NCBI GenBank assembly: GCA_965205945.1
Contig: CBDBIB010000003.1
Location: 704,394-768,393, forward strand
DNA length: 64,000 nt
Reading direction: 5' to 3'
DNA from: Bdellovibrionales bacterium
Lineage (GTDB): Bacteria > Bdellovibrionota > Bdellovibrionia > Bdellovibrionales > UBA1609
Part shown: positions 32,276 to 42,049 of the stretch, piece after piece
Numbering within the stretch: position 1 is the stretch's first letter
How the letters are laid out: each line of letters starts with the position of its first letter
Made by a program: the position numbers and the translations under genes
The notes under the pieces: generated by a model
The model's database searches: none
Told to the model about the DNA's origin: nothing
Seen by the model: the letters and a program-made list of their open reading frames with translations, nothing else

Positions 32276-34024
32276 TTAAAGGTCTGTATTTGGAGGAATT
32301 TCAGACTGGTTTCCATTATCTCTAGTAATAGTTGGTTTAAACCCACTAGGTACAAATTGAGGGTGAGTAATATTATTTTCCCAATAGCCTATTTTCGTGG
32401 CTGTTTTATCCCATAAACCATATGCAACAAAATCTGTTAGCGCGTCAATACTGTTAGAAATATCTTTTGTTAAGGGTTGATTTTTTTTTGATAATAAATC
32501 TATACGATCAATTGGAATAAGTTTATCTAAGTTAAAGAAGGGATCATTATATTTATATTCAGCAAAGAAACTTTCTTCTTTTCTCCAATTTTTAATCCCT
32601 GTAATATGGTAAGAAATGGCTTGTTTTAAGGCATTAAAGCTTTGTTCTTTGTAGTTTTTAACTAAAGTTCCTTGTCCAAAAAAGCTTCCATGATGCATAT
32701 AAGGAGCTGTTTCTATAACATTTCTAAGGCTTGGAACTCTGAATTTAAAACAATCTTTAATATTATAGGTTGCTAAGGCTCGACCCATATCAGGAGCATA
32801 GGTGTTAGTAGTTGTAACATCTTTTATATGACAACGGGGGTATTTCCCTCTCTGCTTTTGGATACTTGGAAAAAACCCTGATTCACCTAAATCAAAAATT
32901 AAAGAAGGTTTACTAAGAGAGCTTAAAGGGTCACTTTTTACTGCTAAAGACGCAAACTTAATTCCTCCAAAAAGTGTACTTGAGTGGCATTGGACACAAT
33001 TTGCTCCGGTATATTTTTTCTTTTCAATTATAAAACTATTTGAAGAATCACTAAAAAATATGGCAGCACCAATTTTTTGTTTTTTTGTTAGTGCATTAGT
33101 TTTTCCTAAAACGTATTTGTCAAAAGGGGTGTTTATTGCAACATGGGAGGTAACAAATGCAGCTAAAGCTTTTCCAATATTTAAATCATTAACAGGTTCA
33201 TTATAAACTTTATTGAATAAGTTAACGTATTTTTTTATACTTCGAATTTTAGCTACTGCAATGGCAGTGCACTCATTTCTAAGTGGAACAGTTCTAGTCT
33301 TATTTTTTCTATAAGAAGGTACCCCTTCGATTAGTTCGGGAGTAGAGTTAAAGGCATCAAATTGTACTCCTGAGTACCTATTGCCAGCATGACTGTGACG
33401 AATTTTAACGGGAGTTTTAAAAAGAGGCCCTAGTGGGGAAAAAATATTTAATTCTTCATTTGGTAAAGGGTTTGTGCCACACATTTCTTCTTTTGTATGA
33501 ATGGGTAGTAAGGTTTGAAAATTAAGCTTTCCAAATCTTCCATCCCATAATAGGCCACTATCGTTAATAGGGTCAGATCTGTATACTACATTTATAGTAG
33601 AAAGAGCATTTCTAAACATAGGGGATTGACAATTAAAGCCAAAACTATCATTACCACAATGTCTAGAGGTTGAAAGAGTGCCTGAAGCCCATTTGCTGCC
33701 GATATTGTCTCCATGTGGCCCTCCTTTGCCGAGAGCACCAAAATCTAGTCTATTTCCTGTAGCAAAGCCATGGTTGCTTAAATGGCAAGTTGCACAACTA
33801 ACATCGTTATTACGTGATAATACAACATCGTTAAAGAGTAATCGGCCTAGCTTTAATTCTGTTGCAGACGGCTTATAACCAAGAACTTTGTTAAAGTTAG
33901 GTGGGGGCGGGGTGGTTAAGTACTTTGAGTGATTTTTTTGTAAATATAAGTCAGCCTCATCTAATGAATTTTTTTTACAAGCAGAAATAATGAGTATAAT
34001 ATAAATTAAAAATAGCGCCTTCAT
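32276..34024 (-). CDS. Di-heme cytochrome c peroxidase/MauG-family lipoprotein
   Basis: Likely start at 34024 (MKALFLIYIILIISAC lipobox). LGRLLFND..LS..SCATCH, LWDGR, second heme site CVQCH, FRVPSLRNV..TAPYMHHG. Confidence 0.88.
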   Translation of the reverse strand: MKALFLIYIILIISACKKNSLDEADLYLQKNHSKYLTTPPPPNFNKVLGYKPSATELKLGRLLFNDVVLSRNNDVSCATCHLSNHGFATGNRLDFGALGKGGPHGDNIGSKWASGTLSTSRHCGNDSFGFNCQSPMFRNALSTINVVYRSDPINDSGLLWDGRFGKLNFQTLLPIHTKEEMCGTNPLPNEELNIFSPLGPLFKTPVKIRHSHAGNRYSGVQFDAFNSTPELIEGVPSYRKNKTRTVPLRNECTAIAVAKIRSIKKYVNLFNKVYNEPVNDLNIGKALAAFVTSHVAINTPFDKYVLGKTNALTKKQKIGAAIFFSDSSNSFIIEKKKYTGANCVQCHSSTLFGGIKFASLAVKSDPLSSLSKPSLIFDLGESGFFPSIQKQRGKYPRCHIKDVTTTNTYAPDMGRALATYNIKDCFKFRVPSLRNVIETAPYMHHGSFFGQGTLVKNYKEQSFNALKQAISYHITGIKNWRKEESFFAEYKYNDPFFNLDKLIPIDRIDLLSKKNQPLTKDISNSIDALTDFVAYGLWDKTATKIGYWENNITHPQFVPSGFKPTITRDNGNQSEIPPNTDL

Positions 34025-34032
34025 TAGAGTGT

Positions 34033-35028
34033 TTAATATACTACAACATTGCCTGAATCTAAAAGTGTAGAGTATATATTTAAAGGCCATTTTATAGATT
34101 TAAGTCTAATATTAGAGTAAAATTCTTGCTTATTTAGGTTAGAGCTTAAATTTTCATTGGAAAATTTCTTAATTTTACTGCAGGATTTAGAAGGACTAGA
34201 GCTTGTTTTGCATAGGTTTTTATAGGAAAAAAAGTCAATTTCAGCAGAAGTAGGTGTCATACTAGAGGGATCTATTAAAAAGTTAGCATTAAAGCTTAAG
34301 GCATAGATTGTATCCATATCTGCTACGTTAATCAACTTAGTAGACTTAATCAAAGAGTATCCGGTGATATCTTTTTCAACTATTATACTATAAATAGTAG
34401 GCAAAAGATCCTGATCAAGTTTATTGCAAGTGGAGTCAACTTTGTTGTTATTTAATTTTAAAAATTCACAGCAATGAATATCTCCTAAGATATTAACAGG
34501 ATAGACTTTAGTTTCATAAATTTCTTTAAGGGTGGATTCATTGAGTTCTTTTAAAAAATTCTCCTGTGTAATACAACGTGAAAAGATTATTTCTCGATTT
34601 TTTGACATGTTTTTATTAACAGAAGAGGTTTTTAGCGTTTTAAAAAAAGTCCAATTATTAGTTTTTAGTCTTGATTTTAAATTAGAAGTAAAAGATATGT
34701 CCATATCTGGATTTACAGAAAGCCAATTTTTATTGTAAATTTGATAAGCTTCAAGTTTATTGTTAGCTGTAAATTTTAAATGATAGCTAGTTTCTGGATC
34801 AATATTCTCTAATAAAGTACCTTCTATACCATATCTAATTTTTTTAAAATAACTATGATAAATAGAATTATAAGTGGTTTTATTAAGAACAGAGTTATTA
34901 TTTTGAATAAGCATAAGAAAGCTTGATGATATTCCAAGAAAAACAAAACTAAGAACTGTTATTGATATTAATAATTCAATTAAAGAAAATCCACTATTGT
35001 GTGTGTTTATGAATTTAAATTTTTTCAT
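34033..35028 (-). CDS. Prepilin-type N-terminal cleavage/methylation protein, 331 aa
   Basis: Class III signal SG/FSLIELLISI with Glu at +5, hydrophobic helix, Cys-containing C-domain. Confidence 0.8.
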   Translation of the reverse strand: MKKFKFINTHNSGFSLIELLISITVLSFVFLGISSSFLMLIQNNNSVLNKTTYNSIYHSYFKKIRYGIEGTLLENIDPETSYHLKFTANNKLEAYQIYNKNWLSVNPDMDISFTSNLKSRLKTNNWTFFKTLKTSSVNKNMSKNREIIFSRCITQENFLKELNESTLKEIYETKVYPVNILGDIHCCEFLKLNNNKVDSTCNKLDQDLLPTIYSIIVEKDITGYSLIKSTKLINVADMDTIYALSFNANFLIDPSSMTPTSAEIDFFSYKNLCKTSSSPSKSCSKIKKFSNENLSSNLNKQEFYSNIRLKSIKWPLNIYSTLLDSGNVVVY

Positions 35029-37568
35029 TTAGATTTAATAAGATTATCCGCTTCTTTTGTTAAAAGAATTTCAGCGATATTAGTATCGGCTTTAATCAGA
35101 TCATATACAGATTTGTATATATTGTTATTGTTATCTTCTAAAGGAAGTTTAGAAAGTTCTTGGTGAAGCTGATATGATCCTGTGGTATAAGAGGTGCTAC
35201 CACCCCCTACAGGCTCAACAGCAATCCAAGCCGCATTATAGTACTTTTGGGCTGTATCTGGAAAAGGTTTATTATATTCATTACTGCTTAAATTCAGTAA
35301 AATATGACTCCATTGAAGAGGTGTTTGAGGAGGGTAAAAATAAGCAGATTCATTTTTACAAATTAAAACACCGTCCGTGTATTTCTTACCAACACCTGAA
35401 GATATAAAGTACCCAAGGTTTTTGTTAAAGCAAACATATGAGATTGATTTTTCTTGTGTTTCGTCTATAAAAGTCACCCCTTTGTGTTTAATATTATGAA
35501 GAATAATACCAGCTTTCTGAGAGCTCGGTGTAATTAAGAAGTTTTTAGTTGTGTCTGGATGTTTACGAAGATTTACTTCTGAGTTTAAGCCAAAAAATAA
35601 AGAAGATTCTTTAATACTTGGTTGTGTATTTAAATTTACAATTTGAGGAAGAGAAGCTAAGGAGTACCCTGATGCGTTCTGATCATAAGCAGCCCAAAAA
35701 GCAGTTGGTATTAAAGACACTTCTTTTTTGGAATTTCTAGTAGTATCTAAAATCTGCTCATTTGTTTGAGGTGCTATAAAAAGCCCTTGATTTGCTAAGT
35801 TAATAAATTTAAGCTCTGATTCCTGAATATTAAAGTACTCTTTAAGAGTATCTTCATCAAGATTTAACCATTCTGTCAGCTTATCTTTATTTAAAACCTC
35901 TAAACCCTGTTCAAAACAAATTCTTGGAGCATCAAATTTGGTCGCTTTTTTAATGATGCCAGTTTGTATATCTCTAGCAAATCGAAATTTACCGAAAGAA
36001 AAACACATAACAGGAAGTTTATTTGAGCAAAGATTAGGTGTTAATTCTATTTTTCTATTTTTAAAACTTGTACTTAAACAGTTTTTTGATGAAGATCTAA
36101 GTTTATTAACAGTGGTGAATGATTTAATATCAAATTGATTTTTTGATGCGCACTCTGGTATGCCTCCATCAAGAGGTTCTATTGGGTGCCCATCTGAATA
36201 GTTTGTTCTTTGGACAGGACCAAAAGTTCCAAGTCCTAGGCGAGCACAAGATTTCATATAACAAGTAGTACACGCAACCTCACCAGCACTTGAAAAGACT
36301 TCAGGTGTGTCTTTAATAGATTCTTTATTTCTTCCTGATGTGCGGTATAAATCAAATGAAAAGTTTCCTTTATAAAAAAGGCCTTGTTCCACTGATGAGC
36401 AAATATTATTACAAGTGTTTTGTATGTTTTTAATGGAAAATGAGAAATTATTTGTTCCATTTTTTATTGAAATTGCGTTTTGACGGTTCATTTGTGAATT
36501 AATATTTGAATCTTTAATGCGAATATTTGATGAAAGCTTAGAAGAAAAAGATAGATTTAAATCAGCATTGATAGTGTCAGGATATTTTCTATTAGGATTA
36601 TAGTTTAAAATCATATCAATATCTAAAGTATCATCAAACTGTCGACTGTCATCTGAGTTTGAACATTTAAAAGTTTTTTCATTACAAGAGATTTCAACAT
36701 TGTATCTAGAATCAATAGATAGATTTGTTCCATCAATTTTACCAACTTGGATACCTGGCTTTAGTAATTGAAACTCTAAGAGTGTGTTGTTCTCTCTTTC
36801 AAAAGAGGTACTATTGTAAATATTTTCTCCAGAATTATCAACTAAGCCACTTCCAGATGGATATACTTTATAATATTCTTTTTCTGATCTAGAGCCTTTA
36901 GGAGAAGAAAACCATTTTTGTTTTTCTATTTCACAGTATCCAACATTTGAGGCAGGTACAAACAATTTGTTTGACCTTATAGCTTCTTCCTTGTCGTTAA
37001 AAATAAGTGTATTAAAATCAAAAGCAATCTTTTTTATATCTTCTTTTTTTTTGTTTTGAGGAAATACAGACATGGTTATATTTCTTGCATCAATATTAAT
37101 AGGGTTTAGTCCTATTACAGTATAGTAGAGTTGATTTTGTTTAAACATTTTAAAACATTTTTGGTATTTTGAGTTAGTAGTAAGTTTTTTTGAACAGCTA
37201 ATCGAAGTCCAATTACTAGGCAAGTAGTCAGACCATTTTTCTTTGTGTTCAAAAAAACTAAAATCTAATAAAAGCTCTACATAGTTAATTCCAGGTCTTA
37301 TGTTTTCTATTGATATATTTTTACAGATACCGTCAGTTCTTTTTCCAGTTTTTTTAGAGTAAGTTTTAAATAGAATACTTTTTGCAGCACTAAGAGCTGT
37401 TTCTTGCTCATAAAAAGACTCTACCTTACTGCTTTGTTGAGTTTGGTTTTGTGAAATATTTGAATTAATATTTACTATACCTGCAACAACGATTAGTGAA
37501 ATAGTTGAAGCAAGTATCACCTCAACTAATGACATTCCAGATTGAGTTTTAATTTTACTATTGTTCAT
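35025..37568 (-). CDS. Very large prepilin-like protein, 847 aa, Cys-rich
   Basis: QSG/MSLVEVILAS class III signal; many Cys; two similar C-terminal C...F..PQT..Q...W units. Confidence 0.78.
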   Translation of the reverse strand: MNNSKIKTQSGMSLVEVILASTISLIVVAGIVNINSNISQNQTQQSSKVESFYEQETALSAAKSILFKTYSKKTGKRTDGICKNISIENIRPGINYVELLLDFSFFEHKEKWSDYLPSNWTSISCSKKLTTNSKYQKCFKMFKQNQLYYTVIGLNPINIDARNITMSVFPQNKKKEDIKKIAFDFNTLIFNDKEEAIRSNKLFVPASNVGYCEIEKQKWFSSPKGSRSEKEYYKVYPSGSGLVDNSGENIYNSTSFERENNTLLEFQLLKPGIQVGKIDGTNLSIDSRYNVEISCNEKTFKCSNSDDSRQFDDTLDIDMILNYNPNRKYPDTINADLNLSFSSKLSSNIRIKDSNINSQMNRQNAISIKNGTNNFSFSIKNIQNTCNNICSSVEQGLFYKGNFSFDLYRTSGRNKESIKDTPEVFSSAGEVACTTCYMKSCARLGLGTFGPVQRTNYSDGHPIEPLDGGIPECASKNQFDIKSFTTVNKLRSSSKNCLSTSFKNRKIELTPNLCSNKLPVMCFSFGKFRFARDIQTGIIKKATKFDAPRICFEQGLEVLNKDKLTEWLNLDEDTLKEYFNIQESELKFINLANQGLFIAPQTNEQILDTTRNSKKEVSLIPTAFWAAYDQNASGYSLASLPQIVNLNTQPSIKESSLFFGLNSEVNLRKHPDTTKNFLITPSSQKAGIILHNIKHKGVTFIDETQEKSISYVCFNKNLGYFISSGVGKKYTDGVLICKNESAYFYPPQTPLQWSHILLNLSSNEYNKPFPDTAQKYYNAAWIAVEPVGGGSTSYTTGSYQLHQELSKLPLEDNNNNIYKSVYDLIKADTNIAEILLTKEADNLIKSK

Positions 37569-37592
37569 TTTAACTCCATTTCATACTTTGGC

Positions 37593-38816
37593 TTAATGGG
37601 GTGGTGAAACATATTGTATCATTTTAGTGACGCCAATGTCTCTAGTGGTGGAAGAAGTTTCTGTGGTTACTTCTTCTGCTAATCGTCTAGGTATAATGTC
37701 AGAGTTCTCATCTTCAAAGTTAAATCCATAAGAAAGATCCATATAAACTTCTTTATGTACAGAACTTTCAGTTTTTCTGCTGCCAGCACGAGTAGAAGAA
37801 GTGACACGAGTTACGTGAGTTTTCTGAGTTGGAGGTAGGCATGGGATTTTATCTTCATAGGTTATTATTTTTCCAGGCATTAAAACACTTTCACCATTAG
37901 CTAATATATCTATAGTTTCAATTCGATCGCTCATTTCTGGATAGTTTTTCGTGTTAAATTTCATTTTTTTAAAGAAATTTAATTTATATATTGCCCCAGG
38001 ACCTTCGTTTTTTATAGATAGAGTGACATGCTTTTCTCCTTCAATAAGGTCGTCTACTTCTTCAGTACTTCCTCCTTTTTGAATAGTTGAATATGATCTA
38101 GGGACATCATTTTTTGATCGACATTCTTTATTTGGGTTATGAGACTGTCCAGGCGTGCATACAAGATTACAGGCTGCGGAGTTTTCAACGCTAAGAACAG
38201 GAGTAGCAAAAGGCCTTCTAATTAAAGAGTTTTTTTCTCCTATGACTTTATTTTTGTACTGAGCAGTTGCAGTAATAAGAATAACTTTATTGTCTTGATC
38301 TAAGTATTCAAATTGAGAATCTTTAGGGCCAATAATTTTACCTAAAGACTTATCGGTTTTAAAATCTTTAATTTCAAAACTTATCCTTATGCTGTAATTT
38401 TCTTTATTTGTGAATATATTGTGTCCGGATGGAATTTCTAGTAAGTAGTCGTTGCCTTTAGACACGTCGTTAATTCCGTAGAAATTTAAATCAACTGTTC
38501 TCCCATCATTATTTAACGAATATTTCTCACCGCCCCAAATGCATTGTTTTTTAATTGGAGCAGGCCAACTGCCCTCATCAAGATCGCGACATAATATTAG
38601 ATTATTTGTAATAAAATAAGAGGCTAATGATAAAGACTTATCTAAGTATTCTAGTACATTTAAATCTGTCTCGTGACCTATTCTAGCTTCGTTATCTGTA
38701 ATAAGGTTAGAGGTTACTATAACAGTCATAACACCTACCATGGAAAGTGCTCCGATAACTGGTAGTAGAGCTAAACCTTTTTGATACTTTAAACTTTTCA
38801 TTATTAAATTTTTCAT
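37593..38816 (-). CDS. PilX/PilK-like prepilin protein, 407 aa
   Basis: QKG/LALLPVIGALSM signal without Glu5; first gene of the operon. Confidence 0.65.
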   Translation of the reverse strand: MKNLIMKSLKYQKGLALLPVIGALSMVGVMTVIVTSNLITDNEARIGHETDLNVLEYLDKSLSLASYFITNNLILCRDLDEGSWPAPIKKQCIWGGEKYSLNNDGRTVDLNFYGINDVSKGNDYLLEIPSGHNIFTNKENYSIRISFEIKDFKTDKSLGKIIGPKDSQFEYLDQDNKVILITATAQYKNKVIGEKNSLIRRPFATPVLSVENSAACNLVCTPGQSHNPNKECRSKNDVPRSYSTIQKGGSTEEVDDLIEGEKHVTLSIKNEGPGAIYKLNFFKKMKFNTKNYPEMSDRIETIDILANGESVLMPGKIITYEDKIPCLPPTQKTHVTRVTSSTRAGSRKTESSVHKEVYMDLSYGFNFEDENSDIIPRRLAEEVTTETSSTTRDIGVTKMIQYVSPPH

Positions 38817-38823
38817 ACAGTAT

Positions 38824-38851
38824 AAATCGGACAGATTTTAATATTTCTTGA
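38824..38851 (-). promoter_or_regulatory. Possible sigma28 (FliA)-like promoter for the prepilin operon
   Basis: Minus strand TCAA-N16-TCCGATTT (consensus TAAA-N15-GCCGATAA), 7 nt before the ATG. Confidence 0.3.
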
Positions 38852-39126
38852 CCTTTTTCTTGAAAAATATGTCTTAAAATTTTAATAGTGTATAGTTTTG
38901 AATCGCTTTTTATTAAAAGCTGCAGCAATGTTGCTGTACTTGTTTTAAAAAAAGGTTCTAACATTTAAAAAATATTTAAACTAATTTTAATTAGTAGCTA
39001 ATAAGTTGACTTATTAAAACGAATAAACAGAAAGAGGAGAATAAAAAGGCGGCTTTAGATATGTTGACTTCATACCATTTCGGAAAATTTTTGGATAGTT
39101 GGGACCTGAAGGGAAATTTAATTCAG

Positions 39127-40212
39127 TTAAACCACATTCTTCATAACAACTACTTTTTCACTTGGCAAACAATTTAAATACACCACATTCTCTCGCTCCC
39201 AATTCCTAATTCCTCTGCTACTCCAGCGCTCTGGCTTTAACCTTCTTGCTGCTTCATAAACTTCCTTACGCTTTTCTAATATCTCTTTATCTTTTCCTAA
39301 ATGGCGCTCTGATGGCGTCACAAACTTTATTCCACTGTGACGATGCTCTTCATTGTACCAATTAACAAAATTATCAACCCAGTCTCTTGCATCACCTATG
39401 CTTTTAAAAAACTCTGGATAATCCGGCACATACTTTAACGTCTTAAATAAACTTTCTGAATAGGCATTGTCATTACTTACACTCGGCCTACTAAATGAAC
39501 TTGAAACTCCCAACCAATCAAGTGTTGCTAGCATCGTTGCTCCCTTCATTGAGCCGCCATTATCTGAATGTAATACTAGCTCATCTCTTTTTATTTTTTC
39601 TCTCTCACAAATCTCTTTAATTAACTCTGATGATAAATCCATACTTTCTCTAACGTGTACTTTATAACCTACAATCTTTCTACTAAACACATCCATAAAC
39701 ATATATAAATAATAAAACCGACCCCGCACCAAAGTTTTTAAATAAGTAATATCCCAAGAATAAACTTGATTCACTTCCGTTGCAGTCATTCCTTTTGGCT
39801 TTTGTTTAGTTTTTGGTTTTGTTCTTCCTCTATGAACTAAAAGTTTATTCTCTTTTAAAACTTTATAAAAACTTGATTCACTTGCTAAATAAACTCCATC
39901 ATCTGCAAGTTTTGAAACTATCACATGAGGAGAGTCATCAACATACTTTTTTAAAGTACAGGTGTTAATGATCTCATCTTTTTCTTTATCACTTAATTTA
40001 TTTTTTGGAGGCGATAAGGGTCCTTTTCTTTTATCAGTTAAAGAAAGTTTCCAGCGGTTGAAAGTTTTAATATCAATTTCTAAATCGCTGCAGGCAAGTT
40101 TAAGTCTACAGCCATTTTTAGAAGAGGTGTTAATTAATTCAAGACAAACTTCTTTGTCATCAGGACTTAATCTTCGTCCTCTTTGACCCCCCAGATCTCG
40201 TGGCTTTTTTTT
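39127..40212 (-). CDS. IS3-family transposase OrfB (DDE), reached by -1 frameshift
   Basis: SWDITY, LHSDNG, NAYSESLFKTLK; frame open back to the A8G slippery run. Confidence 0.9.
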   Translation of the reverse strand, partial: KKKPRDLGGQRGRRLSPDDKEVCLELINTSSKNGCRLKLACSDLEIDIKTFNRWKLSLTDKRKGPLSPPKNKLSDKEKDEIINTCTLKKYVDDSPHVIVSKLADDGVYLASESSFYKVLKENKLLVHRGRTKPKTKQKPKGMTATEVNQVYSWDITYLKTLVRGRFYYLYMFMDVFSRKIVGYKVHVRESMDLSSELIKEICEREKIKRDELVLHSDNGGSMKGATMLATLDWLGVSSSFSRPSVSNDNAYSESLFKTLKYVPDYPEFFKSIGDARDWVDNFVNWYNEEHRHSGIKFVTPSERHLGKDKEILEKRKEVYEAARRLKPERWSSRGIRNWERENVVYLNCLPSEKVVVMKNVV

Positions 40213-40667
40213 AACAAGATGATTCTAGCAGACTGTTCAGCTAGAGCTTTTTCAGCTCGATTTAAAGATCTTTCTAAGTTTATTTTATCTTTCCTTAAAG
40301 TTTTAATTTCAGGATCAAGTGAAGGTCTTCCAACAGGATTTTGTCCAAGTAATTCTTTTTCAAAATTAATAAGGTCTGAAGAGTTAAGTCCATTTTCTCT
40401 AAGAAATTTTCCAAGTTCGTTTTCATTTAAAGATTGAGTTTTTTTAATAAAGTTAAGTTTGTCTTCAAGAGAGAGTTTTTTATTGCTGTTGCTGTGGGTC
40501 ATAGAATTTAAATTAGCATATTTTTTCTTCCATCCATAGAGGGTTGAAGAGGCAATGTTAAGTTTACTAGCGGTGTAAGTGAGTCCTTTTTTGTCAGCGA
40601 GTAATTTTTTCACAGCGTTGAGTTTAAAGTTTTCATTATAAGTTTTATTGAGGTTATTGTTTTTCAT
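40167..40667 (-). CDS. IS3-family transposase OrfA
   Basis: N-terminal HTH (IASSTLYGWKKK), leucine-zipper-like C-terminus ending LLKKS. Confidence 0.9.
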   Translation of the reverse strand: MKNNNLNKTYNENFKLNAVKKLLADKKGLTYTASKLNIASSTLYGWKKKYANLNSMTHSNSNKKLSLEDKLNFIKKTQSLNENELGKFLRENGLNSSDLINFEKELLGQNPVGRPSLDPEIKTLRKDKINLERSLNRAEKALAEQSARIILLKKSHEIWGVKEDED

Positions 40668-41024
40668 ATGTTTTCCTTTTTAAGCCCCTGATATTGTTTA
40701 AATAAAGTGGATTTCAAAAGTTAAACTGAATTTTAAATAATTAATTTTTCTCTCAGGTCCCAACTATCCAAAAATCGGGGGATTTCGGCATTGAATAAAG
40801 AGCTTAAAGTTTAAGCCTTTTTACTAAAGCAGTCCTAAAGATATTCTCTCCTTATTCATTAAAAAAGGCTGCTAGTAGCGCTCAAGCCCTGTTATTTGTG
40901 GCGCTACAATAAAAACAACAAATATTTTGGAAAAAGAAATTGTAAAAGTAAGAATTTTATAATATTTAAAGCTCTATTTCATAAATAAAAAAGTTTTTTA
41001 ACCCTTAATATTAGGAGAGTAAAT

Positions 41025-41702
41025 ATGAGAAAAATAATGGTATGTATAGCGTTCCTACTGGCTTCATCGTTTTTAGAGGCTAGAGAATCTAGTTTAAATG
41101 GTGTTGTGCTTGAAAATACGTTTGGAGTTGAGAGCTTAAATGAACAAGAGGATAAATATGAGGCTGAATTTTTAGATGAACTTAATTACAATTCAGCTGA
41201 TGAAGATTTTAATTTGTATGTAGACAGTTTTAATGCAGATCTATTAGGTGCAGATGAGTCATTTGATTTACAAGGCTTGGGTTCGTGGATTGAAGATGTA
41301 TTTAGATTTCCTAGAGAAGGCCGCATCGGTAGAGGAGGCCGTAGAGGTGACAGAAATAATCGAGGTATAAGTTGCACATTTGAAGATAAAGGGTGGTTTG
41401 AAGAGCATCGTAATGGACATGGATCTTGTAAAGAGTGCCTTAGGCATCATGGAGAATGTCGTAAGGAGTGTAGCGAAAATCAGTATGTTTGTAGAGCCAT
41501 CTTTATTCATTATTATAGAAGCGGCGAGCGCTCCTATCACGGAAAAGCAGAAAACCGAAGTCGTGCTAAAAGACGAGCTCTTAGAAAGTGTGAAAGAAGA
41601 AATGATCTTACTAGTGGGTATTGTTCGGTTCGTAACTGTAGAAATGAATCAAGGATAATTTCTAGAGATTCATGTAGAAGAAGGAGGGGCGGGAGAAGAT
41701 AA
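41025..41702 (+). CDS. Secreted protein with acidic pro-like region and Arg/Cys-rich C-domain
   Basis: AGGAG RBS; signal peptide LEA/R; D/E-rich segment; G/R linker; 10 Cys in the basic C-domain. Confidence 0.75.
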   Translation: MRKIMVCIAFLLASSFLEARESSLNGVVLENTFGVESLNEQEDKYEAEFLDELNYNSADEDFNLYVDSFNADLLGADESFDLQGLGSWIEDVFRFPREGRIGRGGRRGDRNNRGISCTFEDKGWFEEHRNGHGSCKECLRHHGECRKECSENQYVCRAIFIHYYRSGERSYHGKAENRSRAKRRALRKCERRNDLTSGYCSVRNCRNESRIISRDSCRRRRGGRR

Positions 41703-41750
41703 AATCCCCAAAATCCGAGTTTTATTTATTAATTTTTAATTTAAATTTAC

Positions 41751-41780
41751 AAAACCCACTTTTGAGAGGGTTTTTTGTTT
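41751..41780 (+). terminator. Probable intrinsic terminator
   Basis: AAAACCC...GGGTTTT stem followed by T-rich sequence, downstream of 41702. Confidence 0.5.
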
Positions 41781-42049
41781 AAGCTTAGGCTTAAGCTCCA
41801 CTTGCATTTCTGGCTCTTAAAATCCGAACCACATTTTCCACCCTTTAGATAGAGAGTGGAAAGGGTATAGATTCTTAGAGCGTATTCTATAGCTGGTGTT
41901 AGGGTAAAAGTCAGAATTAGATTTTATGATTTAAGAGGGAACTAAAGTCTTTAAACCTCATACTTTTAATCTGATTTCTTAATTTAGAGGTTCATCTTTG
42001 AGATTATATTTCTAAGTATAACCTAAGGTTTAATTTAAAGCCATGAGAG

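Larger units (their letters stand above)
39080..40781 (-). mobile_element. IS3-family insertion sequence, copy 1 (1702 bp)
   Basis: Reverse complement of 57163-58864 with identical ORF translations. 23-bp perfect IR ATTTTTGGATAGTTGGGACCTGA; ATT direct repeat at 39077-39079 and 40782-40784. Confidence 0.93.

Noticed and set aside
41420..41460. Heme-binding motif in the Cys-rich secreted protein
   Set aside because: The sequence is CKECLRHH, not CxxCH.
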